24,703 bases of DNA from a virus (Duplodnaviria; Caudoviricetes): positions 1 through 24,703 of IMG/VR virus record IMGVR_UViG_3300025803_000095; one strand, written 5' to 3'. The translations under genes were made by a program, and so were the position numbers. A model generated the notes under the pieces. That model ran no database searches, was not told the DNA's origin, and worked only from the letters and a program-made list of their open reading frames with translations. Positions 16,663 to 24,443 of this stretch are shown in pieces. Position 1 is the stretch's first letter. Each line of letters opens with the position of its first letter.

Positions 16663-17772
16663 TTACCTAGCTGTTGTTGGTATACCTGTTGATGTTACAA
16701 ATGGATTTTCCGCAAATGCAAGAAATATAAAATCTCCACTACTATTTGAAGAAGAACTTGTGCTTCTTAATTTAAATCCATTACTTAAAATTTCAAGATG
16801 GTCAGCACCAGCATCTTGGTTATCTGTAGCATTTAATCGTATTCTGTTTGTTGCACCATTTACCCCTCTTCTAAAATCCCAACATCTCCAATCTCCTGCA
16901 GAACTTGTTTTTTTAATAAGTATCCAAGCAGGTCTAAATCCACAATAAACAAATGGACCATTTGCATTATTGTTTCCTGGATAAGTTCCAATTCTACTAA
17001 AACCTTGTACCTCTGCAAAAACATAAGCTATATATTCTGTATTATTTGTATTTGTTGGAGTATAACCACCTGCACCACCTACTGAGTAAACTGAAGATGT
17101 TGGAGTTGTATCATCCCAATCATTAAAAGTTGATGCTGCATCATTTTGGGGCATTTGTAAATATTTAGTATTACCAATTGCTTCGTGATAACAACGCCAA
17201 GTTGGTACATTGGATGTTCCATCTCTATCTTTAGAGATAATCATTTTGGGAACAGCACCCAAGCCATGCCCTACTGTTTTTCCTGTTTGTGTTCCATTAC
17301 CTGTATAAAATACAATGCTAAATCCTGCACTAGGATTTGCTTGTACTGTTGCAGTAATATTACCATCTGTATTACTAGAAGTTGTGCCACCATTAGCTTT
17401 CCATTGCCATGCTACAAATTCTTTAGCATTTGCATTGCAAGTATCACCATTAGTTCCACCTGCTGCTGCTGTAAAACCATCTGTCAAAGCTGCAGATACA
17501 TAACCATAAGTTGCATTTGGAGTATTTACACCACCACTTGAATCAGTGGCTAGTTGTCCTCCTGCACTTGGTGAATTAGGAGCATCAAAACCCATTGTTG
17601 AATTAGCTAATACATGGTTGGTACCATCGTCTGTTAAATTTTTAGTCCATATTAAGTCAGGTTTTAAATCGCTGTTACCATCATTTGTTAAGTTTCTAGG
17701 ATGTGAACCATTACCTGTATAAGTAAAAACTTGAAAATGTGCTGATGGATCATCTATTGTTGTATAAGCCAT
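16663..17772 (-). CDS. Tail fibre / receptor-binding protein with three internal repeats
   Basis: Three units: FQVFTYTGNG..KPDLIWTK, FSIVFYTGNG..VPKMIISK, FSRIGTYPGNN..RPAWILIK. G/S/T/N-rich. Confidence 0.7.
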   Translation of the reverse strand: MAYTTIDDPSAHFQVFTYTGNGSHPRNLTNDGNSDLKPDLIWTKNLTDDGTNHVLANSTMGFDAPNSPSAGGQLATDSSGGVNTPNATYGYVSAALTDGFTAAAGGTNGDTCNANAKEFVAWQWKANGGTTSSNTDGNITATVQANPSAGFSIVFYTGNGTQTGKTVGHGLGAVPKMIISKDRDGTSNVPTWRCYHEAIGNTKYLQMPQNDAASTFNDWDDTTPTSSVYSVGGAGGYTPTNTNNTEYIAYVFAEVQGFSRIGTYPGNNNANGPFVYCGFRPAWILIKKTSSAGDWRCWDFRRGVNGATNRIRLNATDNQDAGADHLEILSNGFKLRSTSSSSNSSGDFIFLAFAENPFVTSTGIPTTAR

Positions 17773-17778
17773 AATTAA

Positions 17779-19194
17779 TTATCCGTATTCTGCAAGATTT
17801 TTCGTGCAGCAAGAGTAAAAGCCTGATGGTGGTGCATATTCAAAAGTTCCGTAGCCATTGGCATCTGTCGCTGCACTTGAGATTGTATCTGCTGTATAAC
17901 CACCAAAGTTAGATTTAAAGTCTTTATCCCCAATAGAAGCCAAAGCAAAATATTGTTCAGCATCAGTCATTGCAAAACCATTGGTATTATTGGCAGGGTC
18001 GCTACTATTTGTCCAACTTCCATTTACAGCAAAATGAACTTTATTGTTATCACAATCCATAGCAACGCTTATCACATCTCCTGCTGAAGTTGTAACACCT
18101 GAACTTGTATAAGTTCCTTCGTAGTAAATAGCATCATTGCCAGTAGTTCCTGATGAGTAGTATCCTGCTCCCGCTTTTTTATTAGATAATGAACCTAAGT
18201 AAAAATCACCATTAAGGCTTTCATCAATATAATCAGCATCTACATTTCCATTCATCAAATAATTACCACTTTCTAAAACTTCAAATTCGGCGTACCACTT
18301 ACCCTTTCCTAACCTTATATTATTATTTACAGAACTGAAACCGCCTGAAAAATTATTCTCTACTACAGTTCCGCCATCTTTAATAAGTGTAGTGCCTTGA
18401 TTGTATCTTCTTATTGTGTTCCAAGTAGTAAAATTATTAGTAGGTGTGTCAGTTGATTGGTCGGCTGCTGTGATGTTAGCTAAACTATTGGCATCATGCC
18501 CCTCACCACTTGAGTCTTTTCCCATGTTTGAAGAATCGTCAAACTTATAGTAAAACCCTTGAGTTCCATAATTGCCACCTGTATATTCTTTAGGAATCCA
18601 AATACCACTATCAGAATCAGTTTCACCAAAATTTGATGGTTCTGCAACTGTTCCGTTTAGATAATGAACTTCTGCCATATAGCCATTAAATTCTCTACCA
18701 CCAGCATACCATCTTCCAAGTTGTAGCCAGTTTGAACTTGTTCCTTGACCACCTAAGTTTAAATCAGTATTTTGTGTTGGATAGGATGCGTTACTGAAAG
18801 ATGTAACCCTACTGCCATTTACATAAATTCTATTTCTATCTGCTTCTGTGGAGTCTGTTGTGTCCATAATCCATACTAAATGATACCAAGCTGCTGTGTC
18901 TCTAAAAACTTGAGTTGTTTCTAAATATGTTGAGCTTGTTGTGTAAAGTTGTAACGCTTCAGAGGTATTGAATCTCATGACTGTTTCGCCTGCACCAAAA
19001 ATATACTCTGCTACAGAAGTGATAGCATTGGTTCTTTTAATCCAAGCACTAAATGTCATAGTTCTTTGGTTACCTGAAGCTTGGTTAGTAGTAACTATGG
19101 CTTCATCATTAGACGCTTCAAACTTACAAGAGTTATCAATCTCATACCCAGTAGATAGGCTTCCTCTATTTGCTGTACGCTGTAGCGTTTCCAT
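17779..19194 (-). CDS. Tail fibre / adhesin with LamG (ConA-like) and SPRY domains
   Basis: TMTFSAWIKR, FRDTAAWYHLV, RIYVNG, FNGYMAEVHY (LamG-like); GKWYAEF, GDVISVAMDCDNNKVHFAVNG (SPRY-like). Confidence 0.78.
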   Translation of the reverse strand: METLQRTANRGSLSTGYEIDNSCKFEASNDEAIVTTNQASGNQRTMTFSAWIKRTNAITSVAEYIFGAGETVMRFNTSEALQLYTTSSTYLETTQVFRDTAAWYHLVWIMDTTDSTEADRNRIYVNGSRVTSFSNASYPTQNTDLNLGGQGTSSNWLQLGRWYAGGREFNGYMAEVHYLNGTVAEPSNFGETDSDSGIWIPKEYTGGNYGTQGFYYKFDDSSNMGKDSSGEGHDANSLANITAADQSTDTPTNNFTTWNTIRRYNQGTTLIKDGGTVVENNFSGGFSSVNNNIRLGKGKWYAEFEVLESGNYLMNGNVDADYIDESLNGDFYLGSLSNKKAGAGYYSSGTTGNDAIYYEGTYTSSGVTTSAGDVISVAMDCDNNKVHFAVNGSWTNSSDPANNTNGFAMTDAEQYFALASIGDKDFKSNFGGYTADTISSAATDANGYGTFEYAPPSGFYSCCTKNLAEYG

Positions 19195-19195
19195 A

Positions 19196-20176
19196 TTAGG
19201 TTTGTGCTAGATTTTGAACTCTACCGATTTCTTGCCAAACTGATCCGTTGTATCTAAATGATAGAATGTCTGTTTTGTTGGCTGTAGCTGTAATCGTGGG
19301 AGCTGTGCTGGCAGCAAATTCAAAGACAGTATTCCAAGCGATTGTTCTGGCTGTACCGCCTTGTGCTATTTCTACAGAAATAATTGCACCTTCTACAGCA
19401 TTACTGGGGGCCGAAAACGTGGTGTTCTCAGTTGTAACATGATATGCGTTTGCGGCAGCTCTTGCGTCCCAAGCTACTGCATTAGAGCTTGAGGTAATAG
19501 CTACTTGGCTAATATTAGCTGAAGTAGAAGCTGTAACTTTTTTAGGCATAGTAACAAACTGGTTTTCATCTATTGAAATACCAGGAGTTGTACCTACTGC
19601 TGAACCAAGACCTATAACCAAATCATCAGCACTATCATCAAGTCCTACATAGTAGTCTTGAGCATTACCGTCAAATACTATTTTAGTATCTTCGGCTGTT
19701 GCATCACCTATCGTTAGCGTTGGGCCATTTAAAGTTAAACTGTCGGAAAGTTGTAAATCGGTAAGCACATCTAAAACTGCTGCTCCCGCACCTGCTCCGT
19801 CTAATTGAACTATAGCCACCTTGCCAGCAGCAATAGTTACGTTAGCTCCTGAGCCTTGTGAAATAATAATATTTTGAGATCCACTCGTAGCGTTTTCAAT
19901 TATTTGAACTCGCTTCATAGTATTTGGACCAATCGTAATCGTACAAGCTGAATCTAACGTGCCTGTATATTTAAGATACATGGCTCGACCAGCATCTGCT
20001 GATCCATCTGCGACTGTAGTTGTATGAGTATCTGCGTTGGTGGTAATAGCTTCAGTACCTATACCGAGAGCTTCACCAATTAATTCTAAGTTGGTATTTG
20101 TAGAAGTACCCCAAGTTCCGCTTTCGTCACCTGTAGCGATTTCTTTGAGTCTTAAATTATTTACATAAGTTGCCAT
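19196..20176 (-). CDS. Proximal tail fibre / fibre-anchoring structural protein
   Basis: N-terminal GDESGTWGTSTNTNL, Thr/Ala/Gly-rich beta body, C-terminal TAPTITATANKTDILSFRYNG; SD GAGGT. Confidence 0.65.
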   Translation of the reverse strand: MATYVNNLRLKEIATGDESGTWGTSTNTNLELIGEALGIGTEAITTNADTHTTTVADGSADAGRAMYLKYTGTLDSACTITIGPNTMKRVQIIENATSGSQNIIISQGSGANVTIAAGKVAIVQLDGAGAGAAVLDVLTDLQLSDSLTLNGPTLTIGDATAEDTKIVFDGNAQDYYVGLDDSADDLVIGLGSAVGTTPGISIDENQFVTMPKKVTASTSANISQVAITSSSNAVAWDARAAANAYHVTTENTTFSAPSNAVEGAIISVEIAQGGTARTIAWNTVFEFAASTAPTITATANKTDILSFRYNGSVWQEIGRVQNLAQT

Positions 20177-20195
20177 TTCTTACCTCTGAGCATTT

Positions 20196-20225
20196 ATTAT
20201 GCCATTTTAAATTGCTTATTGTATA
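20196..20225 (-). promoter_or_regulatory. Candidate internal promoter for the tail-fibre cassette
   Basis: In the largest non-coding gap (54 bp): TATACA-N18-CATAAT with TG extension (TGGCATAAT), then SD GAGGT. Confidence 0.35.
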
Positions 20226-20230
20226 TTAAA

Positions 20231-20878
20231 TTATGCAGCTACGTCTGTCCAATTAGGCGTCTGGGATTCGTCAATATCTTGCCATTTAAATATATGGCCT
20301 AGTTCTCCTGTAGCTGATACGCCTGTAATAGAAATATTTGCTTTGGCTGCTACCGTTGGATTAACAAACGGATCAGATCCATTCATTTGAGCAACAAGAT
20401 CATTAACATTAAATCTATTATCTGTAATGGTGCTAGCTGTTCCTATAGCACTTGTTCCTGCTACGCCTGTAACTGCAACATTAGCCTCACCATCTACATC
20501 TACTGATACTGAGCCAAGAGTTGATGTTAGTCCTGCAACTGATGCTACAGCTTGACCGTTTACTCCAGGCGCACCTAGAGCAGATGTGGCCGCTAGCCCA
20601 CTTACGCTAATATTGTTAGTAGATACAGTTGTCGGGGTTCCAACCGCTGATACGCCAGCAAATCCATTAACTCCGATTTGACCGCCCGCTTCTACTGCAA
20701 GACCGCCATTAGTAGCTGTTGCTGATAGACCGCTAGGTAATACTTTTGCTTTAGCTACAACGGATACAGTACCTAAAGCAGATGTTGCCGCTGAAGGCGC
20801 TGAAAGGGTAACGGGAATGGGTTCGCCCCAGGTTAATTGCCCCCAGGTGCCTCGACCCCAACCGTTAATGATAGCCAT
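20231..20878 (-). CDS. Repeat-rich virion protein (WG motif plus about eight 22-aa beta repeats)
   Basis: GWGRGTWGQLTWG, repeated GxxATSALGxVxV units, C-terminal WQDI...WTDV. Confidence 0.7.
   Translation of the reverse strand: MAIINGWGRGTWGQLTWGEPIPVTLSAPSAATSALGTVSVVAKAKVLPSGLSATATNGGLAVEAGGQIGVNGFAGVSAVGTPTTVSTNNISVSGLAATSALGAPGVNGQAVASVAGLTSTLGSVSVDVDGEANVAVTGVAGTSAIGTASTITDNRFNVNDLVAQMNGSDPFVNPTVAAKANISITGVSATGELGHIFKWQDIDESQTPNWTDVAA
20297..20803 (-). repeat. Degenerate ~22-aa (66-nt) protein-level tandem repeat
   Basis: Anchor glycines at aa 36, 58, 80, 102, 122, 146 and 194 of the 215-aa protein, with one degenerate unit between the last two. Confidence 0.7.
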
Positions 20879-20884
20879 TTAAGG

Positions 20885-21310
20885 CTAGGCGATTCTTATA
20901 ATCGCTGTAGAAGCTGCTGCTGCTGGGAATACAATAGTGAAGTCTCCAGCGGTAGATGTTTTATCGCCACCAAAGTCAATTGTTGCTACTGATTTATTAC
21001 TGTCAGAGCTGTTATAAATCATACACCCTCTAGCAGTAATAGTAGCGGTACTAAAAGTCAAATCACCAAAATCAGTAAAAGCTGTAGTACCAGAACTTGT
21101 AGGTGCAACTTTAGTTAAAGTTCCTCCACCTGAAGAATAGTTAGTACCAGATGCTTGACCTGTAGTGGTAAAAGAAGTTGTGGTAGCTCCTAAAGTAGCT
21201 GATGAAGTATACAAAGCTAATTTAAACGCATCTCCATTGGTAGCAAAATTATGATTGCCAAGAAGAAGCTCTTTTTTAAAGCTGGTTGTAAGTGTTGATG
21301 TAATTGCCAT
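20885..21310 (-). CDS. Small beta-rich virion structural protein
   Basis: 141 aa, Thr/Ser-rich; SFKKELL, FKLALYTS, GTNYSSGG, TARGCMIYN, DFGGDKTSTAGDFTIVFP. Confidence 0.7.
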   Translation of the reverse strand: MAITSTLTTSFKKELLLGNHNFATNGDAFKLALYTSSATLGATTTSFTTTGQASGTNYSSGGGTLTKVAPTSSGTTAFTDFGDLTFSTATITARGCMIYNSSDSNKSVATIDFGGDKTSTAGDFTIVFPAAAASTAIIRIA

Positions 21311-21314
21311 AATA

Positions 21315-21602
21315 TTATAGTTTCCTAATTAAATCGGCAGCCTCTTTTAAGCCTGCTTTATCTAATTGATTATTAATTGTAATCCTATCAGATTTTATAG
21401 CATTTTGCATATATAGTTCAATAAGTTTTTCTATATTGTCTTTGTAGGTCTGAACCTGTTTTTTTATTTCTTCAGGCGCATCATCACTAACATGAATCAT
21501 TTTTTCTATACAACGCTTTGCCCAAAACTCAGTAGAGTGTCCTCCTTCATCTGTTGTATGAACCTCTATTACTCCTAGCTCTGGACCAGCTTTATAACTC
21601 AT
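21315..21602 (-). CDS. Hypothetical protein (95 aa; alternative start 21608)
   Basis: The ATG at 21602 forms a TAATG overlap with the upstream stop, the usual coupling in this window. VHTTDEGGHS followed by helical sequence. Confidence 0.7.
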   Translation of the reverse strand: MSYKAGPELGVIEVHTTDEGGHSTEFWAKRCIEKMIHVSDDAPEEIKKQVQTYKDNIEKLIELYMQNAIKSDRITINNQLDKAGLKEAADLIRKL

Positions 21603-22345
21603 TACCATTTGTTAGGCTCTCCTACTTTATTTTTTTTAAGGTGGCTGTCATTCCTGTCCATCAAAACAGGCTCTTGTTCTTGTTTGTATTGAACAACTTG
21701 ACTTCTTTTTTTAGCAATCAATATTCCATTCTCATCTGTAATAACAACCAAAGGATCATCTAGCCTATGATAACCATAAAGCTTTTCATCTGCGGGAACT
21801 GCTGTGTCAAGCAAATAACTTGTATGCGCAACCTCAACTTGAATGCCTTGGTTCATAGCTTTGCTTAACCAAAACTCTACAGATGCTCTGCCTGATTCAG
21901 CAAAATGTAAATTACCTTTATAACTAAAATCAATTCCAAATAATTTTATTTTTGCAACTTTATTCCAAACAGCAAATGCTACTGCATAAGAAACTGTGTT
22001 GTTTAAATAATTACAACCACATGCACTTAATACTTCTTGAATAGGATATTCAACCAGGCCAGGACAACGATCATCTAACTCACATGTATAAACCGGGCCT
22101 TCGTGTTCTGTAAGAAGTTTAGACATACTATCAGTTTGTCCCCCGGCATCATCAGTATCTAAGAATCTAGACGCTGGATCCATCATAAATACTCTGTCAT
22201 GAAATATAACTGATGCTACTGAATTGATAGCCCACACTTCATCAAAGTGTGCACCGTGTGATTTTGCTAAATTATAATCGAACCAACTACTGCCCATGCC
22301 GACAATAGCCACAGTTTTACCTTCAAGCTTCTTGATTGGTTTCAT
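21602..22345 (-). CDS. Putative glycosyltransferase, Maf/DUF115/CstII-like Rossmann fold
   Basis: KTVAIVGMGSS, VWAIN, FMMD, NNTVSYAVAFA, KIKLFGIDFSY match the IxGxGPS...N...D...S/T...IxLxGxD order of the Maf/GT42/GT29/MptE superfamily; SD AGGAG. Confidence 0.6.
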   Translation of the reverse strand: MKPIKKLEGKTVAIVGMGSSWFDYNLAKSHGAHFDEVWAINSVASVIFHDRVFMMDPASRFLDTDDAGGQTDSMSKLLTEHEGPVYTCELDDRCPGLVEYPIQEVLSACGCNYLNNTVSYAVAFAVWNKVAKIKLFGIDFSYKGNLHFAESGRASVEFWLSKAMNQGIQVEVAHTSYLLDTAVPADEKLYGYHRLDDPLVVITDENGILIAKKRSQVVQYKQEQEPVLMDRNDSHLKKNKVGEPNKW

Positions 22346-22359
22346 TTTCTCTCTCTCCT

Positions 22360-23043
22360 TTATGTAACCGTTGTTCTAAGCGAATCGTATCTGTATTCGT
22401 CTCTCCTTCCTCGTGCTTCAGCTTTGTTTTTCAGCCTAGCCATTTCTTGTTGAAATCTGTTTTCGTATAAACCCATCATATCAGCATCGCCTTTCATAAA
22501 TATATAGGCTTCTACTAAGCAGCCATACAACAATCCATTTCTAGCATGATCAGACATCCAAGTTCCAGTTGTGTCTGTAACCAAAGAATTGGGTTTATAT
22601 AAATAATGAAGTTCAGTTGTATAGTTTTGGTCTGGAACTGGAGCAATAATTAAACTTGTTTCTTCTGTTCCAGTATTTAAGTTTTTATCAAAGTCACCAT
22701 AATACAAAGGAAGGCCTCTTGCTCCTGAGTCTGTTGGATCTGGTGCGTATTCTTGCATAAAACTGGGATGTTTTTTATCTAGATAATGATAGTCTCCATT
22801 GGCATCAATAACAGATAAAGAAAAAGATAATTCAAAATCATCTGGAGCTGTTAAAAATCTAGATCCAGCGCTCATGGATCCTTGTACGTTTCTTCTAAAA
22901 TAATCAAACTGAACTAATTCAAATATTCTTTCTTCTGTATTTTTAATTATGTCATCAAGAGTATTAACAAAAGTAGTTTCACTATTTTGCACATAGTTTT
23001 GAATTAACGTTTTTAATTCTGATAATGTTAAAGGACTGCTCAT
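22360..23043 (-). CDS. Head-tail adaptor / tail tubular protein A-like
   Basis: Helical N-terminus (LSELKTLIQNY...IKNTEERI), central beta region (IIAPVPDQNYTTELHY), C-terminal LLYGCLVEAYIFMK helix. Confidence 0.7.
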   Translation of the reverse strand: MSSPLTLSELKTLIQNYVQNSETTFVNTLDDIIKNTEERIFELVQFDYFRRNVQGSMSAGSRFLTAPDDFELSFSLSVIDANGDYHYLDKKHPSFMQEYAPDPTDSGARGLPLYYGDFDKNLNTGTEETSLIIAPVPDQNYTTELHYLYKPNSLVTDTTGTWMSDHARNGLLYGCLVEAYIFMKGDADMMGLYENRFQQEMARLKNKAEARGRRDEYRYDSLRTTVT

Positions 23044-23044
23044 A

Positions 23045-23767
23045 TTAAGTATTTAATTGGCCACCCATGCCTGAGTGATTGCTACAGTAATAATAAAGCG
23101 TAGGTGCTCCTGATGCAACTTCTATCTGAGTATATGCTCCTGAACTTCCGGGAGTTCCGCTTGTTGTAACGCCTGTTGTATACTCAGATCCACCAGCATG
23201 AGTTCCATTTGAGGTTGTAGAAATTCTTAATGGGTGGTTGCTGTTTGTGCTGTCAGATTGATCAAATTTATATATTTGTCCTTCTGTTAAAGATAAAGTA
23301 GGAGTTCTAGCTCCATCTATATAAAAATAATTTGATCCCAAGTAATCTGCTACTGTAACAGTATAAGTTGTTGTAGATGGAGATGGGGTTGGGCTCGGAG
23401 TAGGACTTGGGCTTGGCGATACTGATCCATCTGTGCTGACAGTTATAGTTCCAATGTCTCCTGTTGATTGTGGAACCAAAAAGTTTGATCCTACAATATC
23501 TGAGCTCATGTAATGTTGTTCATAAATATTTGTATAGATAACAACTACATATCCTTCACCCACTTCTTTATCAGTGTTTGGTCTAGGCTCATATAAAGCC
23601 TCTGGATCCATTACATGAGGAAGCGGCTCTAGCTGAGGATGTTTAGGTTCCCAGCACTCTGGACAAGTCTTGAGACCATTCCATTCTTTTTTTAATTGAT
23701 TGAGAGGATACTCAAAAGAACATCTATCGCATTGTGCGATTGCATACTTACCTGTAGCGTATGCCAT
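23045..23767 (-). CDS. Zn-finger protein fused through a Pro/Ser/Thr linker to a cupredoxin-like domain
   Basis: CDRC...CPEC (aa 13-38); SPSPSPTPSPTPSPSTTT (aa 117-134); NHPL...LYYYCSNHSGMGG. Confidence 0.7.
   Translation of the reverse strand: MAYATGKYAIAQCDRCSFEYPLNQLKKEWNGLKTCPECWEPKHPQLEPLPHVMDPEALYEPRPNTDKEVGEGYVVVIYTNIYEQHYMSSDIVGSNFLVPQSTGDIGTITVSTDGSVSPSPSPTPSPTPSPSTTTYTVTVADYLGSNYFYIDGARTPTLSLTEGQIYKFDQSDSTNSNHPLRISTTSNGTHAGGSEYTTGVTTSGTPGSSGAYTQIEVASGAPTLYYYCSNHSGMGGQLNT
23366..23419 (-). repeat. Pro-Ser/Thr low-complexity linker
   Basis: Encodes SPSPSPTPSPTPSPSTTT with diverged synonymous codons. Confidence 0.85.
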
Positions 23768-23769
23768 GG

Positions 23770-24441
23770 TTAGAAGCCTGGTTTGTAGGGAGCTATTCTA
23801 AATGAAGCTCGATCTTCGTCCTGTGATAAAGCTCTTTCAAACTCTTCTTCGTACATTTGTTTTAACATAACAACTCTGTCAGGAGCTTTCTTGATTGCAA
23901 TGTAATATGCAAGTCCAGCTGCAAAACAGGGATAAAATCTAAAAGGCATATCCATGGTGTTAGTCCCGGCATCAGCATCATCCATTCTTACAAGCTTGTT
24001 AAAAACTAATACGTCAGTAGAGTTTTCTGGAGCTGGCCATATTTTTAAAATAGGTGTGGTAAGTTTATCTAGAAAAAATTGAGAGGGTCTAGACTTGGTT
24101 GATTTGGTTGGAATGTTTAAATATTCACTTCTGCTAATCATAGACATTTGAAGATCTAAATCAGTTCCATCGGTGTTTCTTCTTATTGAACAATCTAATA
24201 TATCAATCACATTAGCGTTCAATGTGTAATCATTTTGGCCTTCAGTAACTGTTTGGGTTGCTTGTTCTATAGTCCACTGATTAAGACCACGGTTAGCCCA
24301 TTCAGCAAGCATAAGATTAATAGACCGTCTTGCAGTTTTTAAATCATAACCAGTTCTAAGTTCTAGGCCGCATCTTTCAAATGCTTCCTCTACGAACTCA
24401 GCTACGTTTGGTTCAAAGTTTGTGCTGCCTGACAGGGCCAT
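23770..24441 (-). CDS. Head-tail adaptor-like protein (P22 gp4 / T7 gp11-like), second paralogue
   Basis: VEEAFERCG, ARRSINLMLAEW, central beta domain (KIWPAPEN), C-terminal PCFAAGLAYYIA...YEEEFERA. Confidence 0.7.
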   Translation of the reverse strand: MALSGSTNFEPNVAEFVEEAFERCGLELRTGYDLKTARRSINLMLAEWANRGLNQWTIEQATQTVTEGQNDYTLNANVIDILDCSIRRNTDGTDLDLQMSMISRSEYLNIPTKSTKSRPSQFFLDKLTTPILKIWPAPENSTDVLVFNKLVRMDDADAGTNTMDMPFRFYPCFAAGLAYYIAIKKAPDRVVMLKQMYEEEFERALSQDEDRASFRIAPYKPGF

Positions 24442-24443
24442 TG

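Noticed and set aside
16008-20176. Diversity-generating retroelement or invertible cassette acting on fibre genes
   Set aside because: No reverse transcriptase, recombinase, long near-identical repeat pair or inverted repeats seen in this window.
9488-21763. Remaining nested ORFs (e.g. 9488-9676, 13185-13532, 14104-14412, 15012-15260, 17185-17541, 17775-17963, 21554-21763)
   Set aside because: They overlap well-supported genes. 15012-15260 was checked as an embedded Rz1-like o-spanin but has no signal peptide or lipobox at its N-terminus.
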